NCBI GenBank assembly: GCA_051294375.1
Contig: CM119263.1
Span: forward strand, 19,144,625 to 19,208,624
Direction: 5' to 3'
Length of the DNA stretch: 64,000 nt
Origin: Paraspadella gotoi
Lineage: Eukaryota > Animalia > Chaetognatha
Under the pieces are notes generated by a model. The model ran no database searches. It was not told where the DNA came from and worked only from the letters and a program-made list of their open reading frames with translations. Positions 30,625-64,000 of the stretch are shown piece after piece; positions within the stretch are counted from its first letter, which is position 1; the number at the start of each line of letters is the position of its first letter. The position numbers and the translations under genes are program-made.

Positions 30625-31404
30625 TTTTTATTGTCGCAATCGCTTTGCGTTTGCGACGATTTTGCTGTAGTTTTGCATATAAGTGGCGTCGTTTTCGTCA
30701 TCGTTCCAAATTATAGATCGCCTTTTTGATGATTAAATTTGGGTGTATGAAGCTGAAAATTTATATACAGCTTCTTATCATCGAGGTCCTTAAAATTGGG
30801 TCAGGACAGTTATTAAATGTTTTGTTTATGTTTTATCAAAACAAACATCCTTTATTTTATTTTTATGTCTCCTTGTCTCTCTTTCTCTTTTAATTATATG
30901 TAGCTATCTCTCTCTCTTTTCCGCAGTGCTGATTCATCGCAAAAAAAATGAGTGCAGCTGGCTCTGCAAGGGCTCTTTTTTTCTTTTTTCTCCTGCTGCT
31001 GCCTTTTGATTTCTTTTTTTTTCTGGCTGCCTCTGCTGCCGCCGCTGCTGATTTGTCTGAAAACGATTTGGCTTCTCTTTCTGCGTTATTATTTTTAAAA
31101 AATTGAATTAAGATTGAACTCGTAAAATTAAGCATCGGGTTTTTATTTTATTTTTTTTTCTCAGGGGCTGCATCTGCTGACCAGTTTATTTCATAACAAT
31201 GAAAATTTTTTTTCTTCCAGAAACTAACTTTAATTTTCCTTGGTACTTTATTATTTTTTTTAAATTGAAAATCGCAAAATAGAATTTTTCTTTGTTTATA
31301 AATTAATTTTCTTTCCTCAATTTCTTTTTTTTAGTATCAAAATTTGTCGTCATTCCAGATTTTTCTTATGCGATTGCGACGATCCTTATGCTTTTAAGAT
31401 TTTT
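30625..31404 (+). mobile_element. HINE-like family B copy
   Basis: 5' TTTTTATTGTCGCAATCGC..TTGCGACGA. The 3' end is GCGATTGCGACG plus an ATCCTTA/TAAGAT hairpin plus a T-run. There are four copies in the window. Confidence 0.65.
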
Positions 31405-32567
31405 ATTTCTTCTTTAAGAGAAACTATACTACGTATATACAGTTTATACACGAGTCGAGCCGCAAATCCAGATGACTAATAAAATCAAAATTAATAATCG
31501 GATTAATATAGATTAACATTCGTCATTAGTGAAATTAATTTATTGATTTTGAAGTTCATACAACCAATATAATAATTATACATTCATTTACATAAGCTAT
31601 CTTGCCCCTGACTTTTGACAGGCTATGGCGGTTTAAGGCCACTTTTCTCTGTTACAAGATAATAACAGAGCATGACCCTGCAAGTAGAGTACCTATTTTA
31701 AGAGTAGAGGATGTGGATACAAATTTACCAAATTTAACTTTACAATTCGTATTTATAATAACTCTCATAAAAAAGCCGCAAAAAAATGAAACTCCTTGAA
31801 AATTGTTTTATTGGATTCTCCACCTTGACGTAATGAACAGTAAAGCTCTGTCCAGGAAGTCACCGGTAGTTCCCCTAATCACTATGTAAAACGACAACTG
31901 TAAACCTCCTTGGGGGTTCCAAGAAAAGTAACGTCTTCAGTCAACTTAGGATCATATCTAATTATCTAGCTAGATTCTTTTACACTGACCAGCTTACTAG
32001 TAATTTAGTCGAAAACAGTTATGATATAAAAAAATATATAAATGTAATTTTCTGTAAAGAAAAACAATAGCGCATATTTTCTCGATTAATAATTTTTACG
32101 AGAGAAATAAAAATTAAGTTCGAGGCCTAAGAAACGGATATATACGTAAAAGGCAAACGGGCTCTGGTAATAAAGTAGTTTTCTAGCTTTTTCATTCTCG
32201 TATGAAACACTTCCAGTGACTTCAGTGGGCCTGCATTACACGGACTAGACATTTGCAAAGCAATGCAACAAATCTTGATTCTTGAGCGTCTTTGTCAGTA
32301 ATTTTTTTCATAAAAAATAAACAAGGCATCAAATCACAAATAAACTTCAGGCGAATTCAATCGGACTCAATTGACTTGTTTCCCCAAGCCTTGGGCCAAG
32401 GTCCTAAAAACCCAAAACATTTTTCTAACTCGGCCTCTGTCCCATTCCATTGAAAAAACAAAACACCATTAATGACGCTTTCAGTTTCACATAGGCAAAA
32501 AATTATGTAAAAGGCTGCAATTTACTAATTAGTAAAAAATGAAAGAAAACATCTACTCTACCCCAGA

Positions 32568-53421
<20,854 letters not shown>

Positions 53422-55465
53422 TAGGGAGTAGCGGATTTGGACGGACAGCTGGATGACGATCGACGGAATTTTTAAGACATTTCTGCAGGATCAATGAGGG
53501 TTTTTAAAAAGCGGACGTTCATGCTCGAACCAAGTTTTTTTTGTTTTTTGTTTCGCACCAGGTTTTGAATTAAAAATTGTTTCGTCGAGTTACGTATAAA
53601 ATGGAATGTTCGAACGCGATTCAAGCGTAATAGAGAAGCGTCTTTCTCATTTTGTTTTTGGCGAGGTAGATCTCCCGGCGCAACTATAAAATCGACGACA
53701 GAGAATCTCACGTTTTTTATGTTCTTCGAAATAACGAGTACGAATCTCAATAAGCTTGAAAGCATTGACAATTTCAATATTTCTGTCATAAATCATAAAA
53801 TAAACACATTATCAAAGATCAACACAGATTTAAACGCGTTGCTTGATCCATGATCGCCTAAGCATAAGCTAAAAATTTATAAGGCTAGACCTTGATCTTT
53901 TGGATGTCTGTAAGATTAAACTGGTGTGCAAGGGTGTATTCACATCGCTTAAAGAATGGAATTGAGAATCGATACAAACTTTTCCTAATATATGTTCATT
54001 AGGGTGAAGTGAAAGTTTGGAATCAAAATTTAGCAGTTATATCTTGAAAACTATCATATTAGTGAATACTAATCTGTAATTATTCTTCTTTTTTTATAAA
54101 TATAGTAGCCCAGTCAGCTTATTTTGTATATAGTACTACCCTTATATAATGTCAAAATTTCAAAATGGTTTTTTTTTAATCTGAGAACAGATTCAGATTC
54201 CTCGTTAAAAGTTAATAAAAGAAAGTATAAATCTTTTTCAAAAATTATGTCATTAAGTAGGTTAAAATTACAAAAAACTATATTTTTAAGCTAGAAATTT
54301 AAAATCGGCGTTTTAAATATAGTTTTTTACATTTTTGACTAACTTAATGAAAGAATTTTTAAAAAAGAATTGTACTTTCTTATAATAACTTTTTGCAAGG
54401 AATCCAAATTCGATCTTAAAATTTAAAAATTTGTATTTTGAAATTTTAGCCTATTATATACTTATTACTATATATAAATATAGCTCACTGGTGCCCACTA
54501 ATGTATAAAATTAAAAAATAAATTTACCAAAATATTTTTATTAGTTTTTATGTTCATGTTTTATATGCTAAATTTTAATTTTCTAAAATTTTATCATTTT
54601 CACATCACTCTAATGTTCATTAGTATGTAAGTTTCAAATTTTATTTTGATTATATTCGAAATATTTACTGTGCTGAAACGGCCAAGTAAAACCAACTTTT
54701 GTTGTCATTAAAAAGGTTAAGAACAAAAAACTTGGCGTTTAATTTACAGAACAAAATCTAAAAAATAAAATGCAAACATTTGATACATAAACATTAACCA
54801 TTCTTGCTTACTCTTTGGATCTACAGAAAAATTCATTTAAAAATGACGGTCGAAGATCGTCTTCGGACCCTCAGGCCGGTAGCAAAAAAAAGGGAACGGA
54901 TAAATGGGAACAAGTTTGTTAGGACGGAGACGGACTATTAAGAAAGATTAAGTTGATTTATACGATTGCCACAATTCCTTGCCATTATTATTATAACCCC
55001 CCAAAAATTACCTAAAATACAAAATGACATAAATAATTTTAAATAAATTCAAACTGCTATAAGTATAACTTTTTTAAACATAACCGTTGGAAAACAAATG
55101 CAGGTAAAAATTGCCATTTTTACCAATCAAGTGCATGGAATAGGTTTATTATTTATAGTAAAATATAAGCTTTTTGAGGTATCACCAGCCCTTAATTAGG
55201 GGCGATAAAAGCTTTTTCGATCAGATAAGTGCTTACAAACATTTTCATTCATTCAAAAAACTTAGTACATACAAACAAAAATTCTATTTGTTTTGTGCCC
55301 TTTGACAAGAACATATAATACAATAAATAAATGCATCTCCGAGTCATAGACTACGTACGACCGTAGAATCCGATGATATACAAAGGTAAGACGAACCAAA
55401 GCACAAGATTAAAAATCAGAGATAACAGAAAATAAAATACGATTAAAAAAGTTAATAATCACAGA

Positions 55466-58400
55466 TTATCCACTTGCAATGGGATTTACTTTGTAGCTAT
55501 CTATTAATGTTCCGACGGTGGTCCGTGGTTTCGTGTCTCGTTGGTAGAACACAGGCCTGTCTTCAATTTGGTAACACCAACACGGACACATCACATCTTT
55601 ATAGAATAACTCGGAGCAACCTAAACAATGAACAGGGAAAATTAGGGGATGGTCCTGACCATTGAAGCCATAATCTTTTTGAATATATTCTTGTATGAAT
55701 TTGTAGAAAATGACGGGAATATTATCATTTTTAAGTATCATTAAAGTCGGACTACGCGTTTACAAGCAATAAAACAAAAACAAAAGTATAGGAATCTCGC
55801 CAGACGTTACTATCAAAATTAATAAAAATCTTAAAATCATAAGATCTTTAGATCCACTTGCAGGGTCAATAGCAAAATCTTTAAAACGTATATAACAAAC
55901 ATATTAAGCTGAAAACTTTTAAATTAAATTTTTTTTATATCGGTTTTTTTATAAAAAAAGCCAGATAAAATGAACTACTTCCTTTCAAGGGAATCTCATG
56001 CCACTAACTTTATTATATAAAATGAACGGGAAATTTACAAGTATAAAATTTCTTGCTGTGATTACCGTATTTTACATTTATTTTATAATAATCAAATATC
56101 GCAATTTCAAAAATATATGTTTTTAAATTTATCAAAGTTTTTCGCAATGAACAATAATAGTTTTTCACATAAAATTTTTATTTTAAATATAAATTATAGT
56201 TTAAAGATGAAACGAAAAATTTGTTGTAATAGCAATTTTTTATTTTTATTAATGTACACGTTTTGACTCTTAGTATTACGAGTCTTCATCAGCATGAAGA
56301 CTCGTAATACTAAGAGTCGAAACATGTACATTAATAAAAATAAAAAATTGCTATTACAACGAATTTTTTGTTTCATCTCTAAACTATTTTAAATAGCAAA
56401 AAGAAAGTCAAAATACAATATATAAATTATAAAAAAACTGAGAGTAATCAGAATCTTAAAAGTATAGTAATCTCGCCAAAAAAAAAGATTGATGCAATAA
56501 CAAATTATTAATGTAATAGTAATTGATTGATGTAATAATGATTGAGCAAATGTACTTTTAAACGAATCAGAAGAAGCTGCGACGGAAAAAAAACAAAACG
56601 AGAGAAATAAAAAAACTGGACACAGCTGCTGCAGAGCTGAACTCATTTATATACATAAAAATTATTTTGTAAATAAAACAAACAAATGAATGTAAGAATA
56701 TAAAACAACAATTTAAAAGACCTCAATGATGAAAAGCCATATCTAAATTTTAAGCTTCCTATGGTTAAACACTTAAGCTATTTCCAATGATAAAACAGTG
56801 TGACGACGACTACTATAACAACTACGGTCAAAAGAAGCAAACAAATTAACATCTCGCCCAAGTCGGGCTTTCACCCGTCTGGCGAGATAAAAAACGTTTG
56901 GCAACAGGCTGCAAAGTCACCTTTTAAGCATATTACCTCTCGGTTTTGGCAAAACATTGCCTTTCAAGACTCCGTCTATACCTCCAAGGTTCAACCAAAT
57001 TTTTCTAATTTTCACATCTGTCAGAAGAAAAAAAATTTACCACAAGAATTTGATTTAAAATAATATCCTACTAAAGTGTACCAAGGTCAAGGTTGAAGAC
57101 ATCCCACAACAACATCCCGAAAGACCACACGTCTCCCTCGAAACAGAACTTCTTGGCCGACCCCTTAAGGGTTTCTGGGGGGTACATATATTCTGGAATC
57201 GCAGGGTGATTTTCATTGTCTCCACGCTTGTAATACAATTCGGTCTCGCGCGAGAGGCCAAAATCACCAACCTGAATTCCAAAATAACAGTTTGTCATCT
57301 TTTTCGATTTGAGACTATCTTAGGTTCCGAATGGATCCACGCATTTTCATCCTTATGCGGGTAGGGGTAGCTTCTAACGTACTAAGAGAACTAATCAAGG
57401 GAGTTCAAAATGAACTCCATAACACTGACCTTGGCAACAATTGGTGAAACTTTGCTGGTCAGCATAATGTTTCTGACGGCAAGATCGCGGTGGAGAATCC
57501 CGTTAGAATGTAAATGTTTCATACCTGTCAGAAATCAGGCTATGAGACATTGTCAGACATTAATAACACATTAATTGCCTACCATTATTTATCTGTTTGA
57601 GGATGTCGAGAGATACTTCTTCATCCCAAGAGCCATTCTTTTTAACTTGTTTCAGATAGGATTCAAGGCTTCCGCCTAATAATTAAAGCATACAAAAATT
57701 CAATATTTTAAAGCACGGTTCGTCTTGGTTCAATGATTGTTCACGAACCGCCCAGGAGTTCCATCACAATCCTTTTTTCAATATCTGGCTTCTCCAAACC
57801 CATTACACCAATAATTTTAACCACATTATCGTTCGCGGGTATGCGAAGAGCTGAGAAAATACATAATATTACTTTTTGTCGCTTTGAGAGAAAAAGAGAA
57901 GAACTTTTCCACAAACCCATGAGCATCTCCTGCGAGATTCCTTCGGTCGACATGTTTATATTGAAAGTTTTGATTGCACAATCGCATCCGTGCTCCTCAT
58001 TTTCGAAAACAATGACTCCGCGATAAACGGTACCGAAACAACCATTGCCTAATTTTCTAAAAAAATACATTTTTTTTACTCGATACTTATTTACTAGTCC
58101 AACTTAGGCGGCAGAGTAGGGCAATTTCTATAGTTTCATACTCTTTCGAGTTTTCGAGTATTCGCAGCTTCCGATGACCTTGCAGAGTCTCAATTTCGAA
58201 CAAGTTGATGTCCAAAGAGTCGTCTTCTCTTCTATCACAAATACGATCTGCGAATTTATCGAAAGAAAGTTTAATACGAAATCCGATGCCAAATAAACAG
58301 AGAAAAATACCTTGATACGCAGAAGGACCAGTTCGGTTTAAAAAGAAATCGGGAAATTCCTTTAAAACGCCGTGGTTGAAAAGAAAAGTCGACATTGCGT

Positions 58401-61400
58401 CGTAGACGACACACATACGAGGTCTGCTTGATTTATTTTTATTCCAGCATTCCTCCATGAGCTTATATGCGCGTTCGTACAGATCCTTGAATTTATTCTC
58501 GGGATAACTCGGTGGAGGAAGATTGTACCTTTTCAGATATGCCTTCAAGTTGGCGTTGACAGCTCCGGAGGGGGTTGTGCGGCAGAGACTAAAAACCTGG
58601 ATAAAAGTTCAAACAGCAAGTTTTAGTAAAAATATTTCGAAAACCTAAAATCCATTTTTATGGTTAGGTAAGTTACTCGGTAGAACAAACCTCCCAAAGA
58701 AAAGTTCCAAAAGCCCACACATCGCCTTCATGAGACCTGTTTCTCTGTCTCCCATTGCCTATCTCTCTTTCCCATAATTCTGGAGGCGTCCAGGCAATTA
58801 ATTTGTCATCGTCAGTTTTAACAAATCCTGAAAAACCACAATTCATCAGCATCTCATTATCAGCACAATCGACGACCATTTTGTATAACGCGTACAAGCG
58901 TACCTGGATCGCCGAGCTTAACTTGAATACAAGGCTTGAAGTCCTGTTGGCCAGTGGCGACAGCCTGAAAAAACTGGGAATCGTTGGCCGCCGAGACTAC
59001 GACATTTTCGGCGCGGACCCCACCATGAAGAATATTGTGGGAGCTAAGAAAAAGAAGAGCACGCCCTATCTGATCGGCCAAGTTCACTGTCGAGGGCGCC
59101 GCGAACGAAACCGCAAATAGGCTTTGGCTGCTTGAATCGTCTTGGCTGATCTGAAAAGAAAGAAAGAGTCCTCACTTTCTCTTAACCATAAACGATCCAC
59201 GGGGAGGTGAAATACTAATCTCCTTAGTCCTTACCCTTCCTTGCAGCCACTCCGTCAGAGGTGGGTTAAGAGCCGAAGGCTCAAGCACAACGCTGAGAGG
59301 ATCTAAGCAGCTTCCGAAGGCAAATAACAAACTCTCGGGTCGGTCCGACCATTTACTCCAGTCCACGATGGACTGTATCTTCATCCTCGATCCGGCGTCG
59401 AAATGAGCGTCGCCGTCCGTGATTCGTTTCACAACAACCTGCATTTCACGGCCGATTTCCTTTTTGTAGGTTTCGATTCCGCCTGCGCAATTTTAAAACC
59501 TAAAGTGAAGCTCAGTAAGTGGTTTGTATTGGTTATACCTATTTCACTCGTCTGACCACCGCCGTCAATTTCTGAAGCACGAAAAAGTTTGGGTTCCCTT
59601 TTAATCATCGATGACGAAGCCGACGAATAAAGCAAGGCCGACGGATTAACTTCCCGACGAGAACCCACGTTGATATCCTTAAAAGGATTAAAAGGATATC
59701 CAAAAAATCATAAAAGCATAAGGATCGTCGCAATCGCATAAGAAAAATCTGGATTGACGATAAATTTTGATACTAAAAAAAATAAAATTTAAGAAAATAA
59801 AATTAATTTATAAACAGAAAGAAAAAGAAGAAAAGAATAAATATAAAGAAAGAATAGAAAGGAAAGAAAAAATAGAAAGGAAAGAAAAAATAGAAAGGAA
59901 AGAAAAAATAGAAAGGAAAGAAAGAATAGAAAGGAAAGAAAGAATAGAAAGGGAAGAAAGAATAGAAAGGAAAGAAAGAATAGAAAGGAAAGAAAGAAAG
60001 CCAAATCGTTTTCGGATGAATTAGCAGCGGCAGCAGCAGAGGCACCCAGAAAAAAAGAAAGAAATCAAAAGGCAGCAGCAAAAGCAGCAGGAGAAAAGAG
60101 AGAAAAAGAATAAGCCCCTGCAGAGCCAGCTGCAGACTCGTTTTTTTCTCTGACTTTGTTTTGATAAAACGTAAACAAAACATGTTTAATAACTGTCCAG
60201 ACTCAATTTTAAGTACATCGATGATGAGAAGCTGTATATAAATTTTCAGCTTCATACACCCAAATTTAATCATAAAAAAGGCGATCTATAATTTAGAACG
60301 ACGACGACAACGACGCCACTTATGAGCAAAACCAAAGCAAAGCGATTGCGACGATAAAAAGTTTCGACCATTGTCACCGTCTTCACAGTTACTGACCTTC
60401 CCAAACAATTTTGACAGTTTCTCAACGACGACTTCTAAATGTCGGTGCGTCTCCACATGATCCTTAGGCACGCCAGATGTCTTCGCGAACCACATCCCTG
60501 TCTCTGGATTGTATTCAATTTCTGCCTCCACCTCTATGCGGCCCTCAGAACTATCTTGCGACTGTCGCTGCTCACACAAAAAAAATGTCAAACAAAGTCA
60601 AACGGCCAAATATTACACAAATTGTTTCAAAACCTGCTCACACCTTGATTGCATAAAGCAAGAGTTTGGCAACGCGCGCTTTGTCTTCTGCCAATAGGAA
60701 ACTCTTCTCGTCTTTGCCGGCTTCGATAAATATTCTTTTGCGCGCCTCCGCAGGGAGTGAAACCTGGCAACAAACCTTCTCAAGGGAAGAGTAGAATAAC
60801 GACGAAGACGGGCAACCTGGGTGGTTGGAGATATTAACTGCCGTGAAGACTGGGGATTTGTTTAAAAATAACGAAGTACGTATGAATACGAAATAGAAAC
60901 CACCTGATAAGCATAGTTGAATTGATTTTTCTGGAGGACGACTGAGCATTGCATAAAGGTTGACCAGTGAGGCAAACGATTGGGCGAAAACGGGCGATAT
61001 GAAGGTAAGATCCTCGTCCCGGGGATTCTTGCACAGTCGAACACGTGAATCAATGATCTCTAGGCGCAATATATCCGTCACGGTCATCTAAAATACCGAC
61101 AGCAAAAATGTGCTAAAATACGGTTTGAAAGCTTACTGCACAGGTAAAAATAAACTTTTAAAAGAGACTGTTTTAGCCGGTTCCGCTGATGGCAGATTCC
61201 GGCTGTTATCCACTTTGTCGGTCCGTCTGCCGTACCCCGTTTAAATTATATCAGAATATCAAATTATGACAAATTAAGCCCAAAAAAAAAAAAAATGATG
61301 TCCGTTCGTTCATCTGTCCATCCCCCGTTAGCTTTAAACACTAATTAGTCATGAGCGGATAAGACGATTGATCTCAATTTTTGTACGTGGATAAAAAATA

Positions 61401-63746
61401 TCTGATTGAGCTGGAAATTAAGTTTCAATAGAATCATCTGAGTGCAAATGAGTTTATATAGAAAAAAAACAACAATTATGTTTCACTATTATATTATATT
61501 ATATATTTTTTTTGATACGGCGGCAATTAAGGCTAAAACTACTAAACGCTGATAATAAATAAAAAAATTGTAAGATATAACTAACTGATAAGATGTATAC
61601 CGCTTAATAACTTGTGATTCTTAATTTCGACAAAACAAGAACAGTCTACTCGCCTCAGAGCCATTAGGAAGAACAACGACAGGAATGGGAGCATCGACTC
61701 CAGGTCGGACAGTAACGATAACGTCGCGTTCGTCTTCGTCGACGTCACCGCCAACGGAGAATCGTTCCTCGAACGGGGAGCACAAGCTGATGACGCGGCT
61801 CACGTATTCTAATTCGATATGACGTCTCGTGAGCTTGGATTTCCAGATTTTCTGAGGGAATAAGTATAAAAAGCTACCGTCAAAAATTTTTGGATGTTGT
61901 CCCATAAATATTATTGGCGTCAATCATTTTCAATTAGATTAAAAATTGGGAGAGTGACGATAGTTCTCTGTTTTACTAGTTGCGTATAAGTGGCAGTTTA
62001 GCGGTCAATCGGGCGAATGTCTATTTTTCAACTACATAAAAGGATCATCAAACAGAATCATCAAATAGTATGTTTCCAAAGTGATTTCGTGCGAATTAAA
62101 GAAAAAAATCTTAAAAGCATAAGGATCGTCGCAATCGCATAAGAAAAATCTGGATTGACGACAAATTTTGATAAAAAAAAAATAAAATTTGAGAAAAGAA
62201 AATTAATTTATAAACAGAAAGAAAAATTCTATTTTGTGACTGTCAATTAAAAAAAATAATAAAGTACCGAAGAAAATTAAAGTTACAGTTTCTGAAAAAA
62301 AAAATTCATTATCAAAAAATAAACTGATCAGCAGACGCAGTCCCTGAGAAAAAAAAACTAAAAAAAAAACCCGATGTTGCGATAGCAAAATGATAACATA
62401 CACGAATGTGATGCCTAATTTACGAGTTCAATCCTAATTCAATTTTTTTTTTAATAAAAACGCAGAGAGAGAGAGAAAAAAAAGAAAAAAATCAAAAAGA
62501 AGCAGCAGAAGCAGCAGGAGAAAAGAGAGAAAATGAGAGCCCCTGCAGAGCCAGCTGCAGATTCGTTTTTTTTTCTCGATAAATCAGCACTGGGGAAAAG
62601 AGAGAGAGAGCTACATATAATTAAAAGAGAAAAGAGAGAGAGAAGGAAACATAAAAATAAAAGAAGAAATTTGTTTGTTTTTATAAAATGTAAACAAAAC
62701 ATATTTAATAACTGTCCTGACCCAATTTTAAGCACAAAAAGGCCAGCGACGACGACGACGACGACGCCACTTATGTACAAAAGCGTTACGAGATAAAAAA
62801 CTATAATCTTGGACAATGACAGAAAAAATCTGGGGTCAAGTCAGCTAAAAAGCTGCCTCCACCATGTAACTTGCCTCCTTCATATAATTTCCACAGTAAA
62901 ATTTTCTTAAGGGCCCCACAAAAAACAGATCCTGGAGGATCAAAAACCACAAATAAAATAGTTTCTAAAACCAAATCTTATTGGGCCAAGAGAAATTTGA
63001 CAACACCAACGATCAAACCTGGAATCCGCTCCTAATGAGACTTTTCGATTTCGGCCCCATCATTTTCCACTTGATAACGTCCAAAAACGTGAATTGGGGC
63101 AGGTGGTTGTCGATGTCTTTTCCTTTTAAACGATTCACAAACTCCGAATGCTAAAATCAATACGGAAAAGGGTGTTTGTCATTGAAAGTAATAAAAGAAT
63201 AATCTATATATCGTGTAAATCGAGTGATACCTCCATATCCTCGGGTTTCTCGTGGTACAAAGAATAAGCGGCAAGTGATAAGCATCGAATTTTATAATGT
63301 AATGGAGAAGGAGGAGATCCGGTTTCGTTGGAATCTAGATATCAAAAAAATAAATTAGCAGAAAAGACTAACAGTTTTTTTTATGTCTCTTGAAATTTTC
63401 AACTACATCGAGCAACTTTCCTTCCGCTTTCAATTTTCCCACCTGAAAGCGAGTTCTTCTTTCCCCCGTTTCGACTTTTGGCGGAGGCAGCGATGTCGCA
63501 AAGCGTGGAGCTTTCGCCATGTAAGTCGTCTTCACGATCTAATGAGCCCGTGATGCGGCCCGAAACAAAATCGCGCTTTAACTGGTAGAAGAGATATTCC
63601 ACTATGACATCGGGTAGCCGCCATACAACTGCTTGCGGAGGGTTTTGCGTCTGATCCTTTACTGGATGGGTATGGGGAGCGGCTGAGGGGCAGTCGGGGA
63701 TGCCGACACCATTCCGGAAACGAAAGTCCAGATCTACAAATTCGTC
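55466..63746 (-). CDS. JAK: Janus kinase-like tyrosine kinase (FERM, SH2-like, pseudokinase, kinase); 5' end lies beyond the window
   Basis: About 20 phase-consistent exons, from 63746-63443 to the last exon 55751-55466. FERM motifs: EYLFYQLKRDFVSG and AQSFASLVNLYAML. Pseudokinase: ILHGGVRAENVVV...KLGDPG...IAWTPPE...DVWAFGTFLWEV...CW...RP. Kinase: LGNGCFGTVY, AIK, HRDLAVRN, DFGLSRETELYY, DVWSFGMLLWDV, CW...DRPVF. Confidence 0.85.
56195..56387. repeat. ~95-bp-arm palindrome made of two head-to-head hammerhead-bearing repeats in the last JAK intron
   Basis: The arms meet at ...CTTCAT(cagc)ATGAAG. The minus arm has CTGATGA-A-GACTC..GAGTC-AAAA (GAAA mutated). The plus arm has GACTC..GAGTC-GAAA-CATG-TA^CATT but lacks the CTG of the core. 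Confidence 0.8.
59703..60360 (-). mobile_element. HINE-like family B copy with an internal 18-bp array (AAAGAATAGAAAGGAAAG)n at ~59845-60000
   Basis: Same termini; lies in a JAK intron. Confidence 0.65.
61170..61490 (+). mobile_element. Diverged, truncated HINE family A-related copy in a JAK intron
   Basis: TTTTAGCCGG..GCAGATTCCGGCT..CACTTTGTCGGTCCGTC, followed by internal blocks similar to family A. Confidence 0.5.
62102..62800 (-). mobile_element. HINE-like family B copy
   Basis: Same AAAATCTTAAAAGCATAAGGATCGTCGCAATCGC terminus and body; lies in a JAK intron. Confidence 0.65.
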
Positions 63747-64000
63747 CTAAAATTAAGCATTAAGAAATTTTTTTTATATCTTATATCTTTTTATATTTTA
63801 TATCTACTATTTTCGTCTTGAGAATACGCTTTCACGAACATTAGCTCTTTGGCCCTAGACGTCTAAAATAAAAAACTTACGATTTTGGGGCGTTGCTTAT
63901 TTGTTAAAAAAATTAATACGTATTACAAATGTTATACTACGTACTAAATGTGTGTTTATCTTTTATTCTTATGATTCGCTTATTTGGGAAGCTTGAAACC

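Noticed and set aside
56775-56885. Alternative JAK last exon ending ...SLEIA*
   Set aside because: It lacks the CW...RP kinase C-lobe motif, which is present in the phase-compatible exon 55751-55466.

Overview
This is an AT-rich metazoan genomic window with short (~50-90 nt) GT-AG introns plus TE-inflated large introns. Most entries in the ORF track are spurious or exon fragments. Five spliced genes were reconstructed by hand from splice sites and phase. (1) A ~920-aa protein with a long disordered N-terminus and a C-terminal calmodulin-like EF-hand domain (+, 8236-24478). (2) A class B DnaJ/Hsp40 with a perfect heat-shock element (+, 25325-26787). (3) CHMP2B (+, 28646-30380). (4) Atypical PKC (-, 32568-53421). 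(5) A 5'-partial, very divergent JAK (FERM-SH2-pseudokinase-kinase; -, 55466-63746). The non-coding DNA contains two Helentron/DINE-like (HINE) families, nested hAT-, Kolobok- and Tc1/mariner-like MITEs, and a dispersed family of minimal type I hammerhead ribozymes of the Penelope-like-element type, two of them as inverted pairs. It also contains an ~8.7-kb insertion in an aPKC intron, built from two modules joined in all four possible end-to-end combinations and interrupted by a 25-N gap. No database searches were possible, so family calls rest on recognised motifs.
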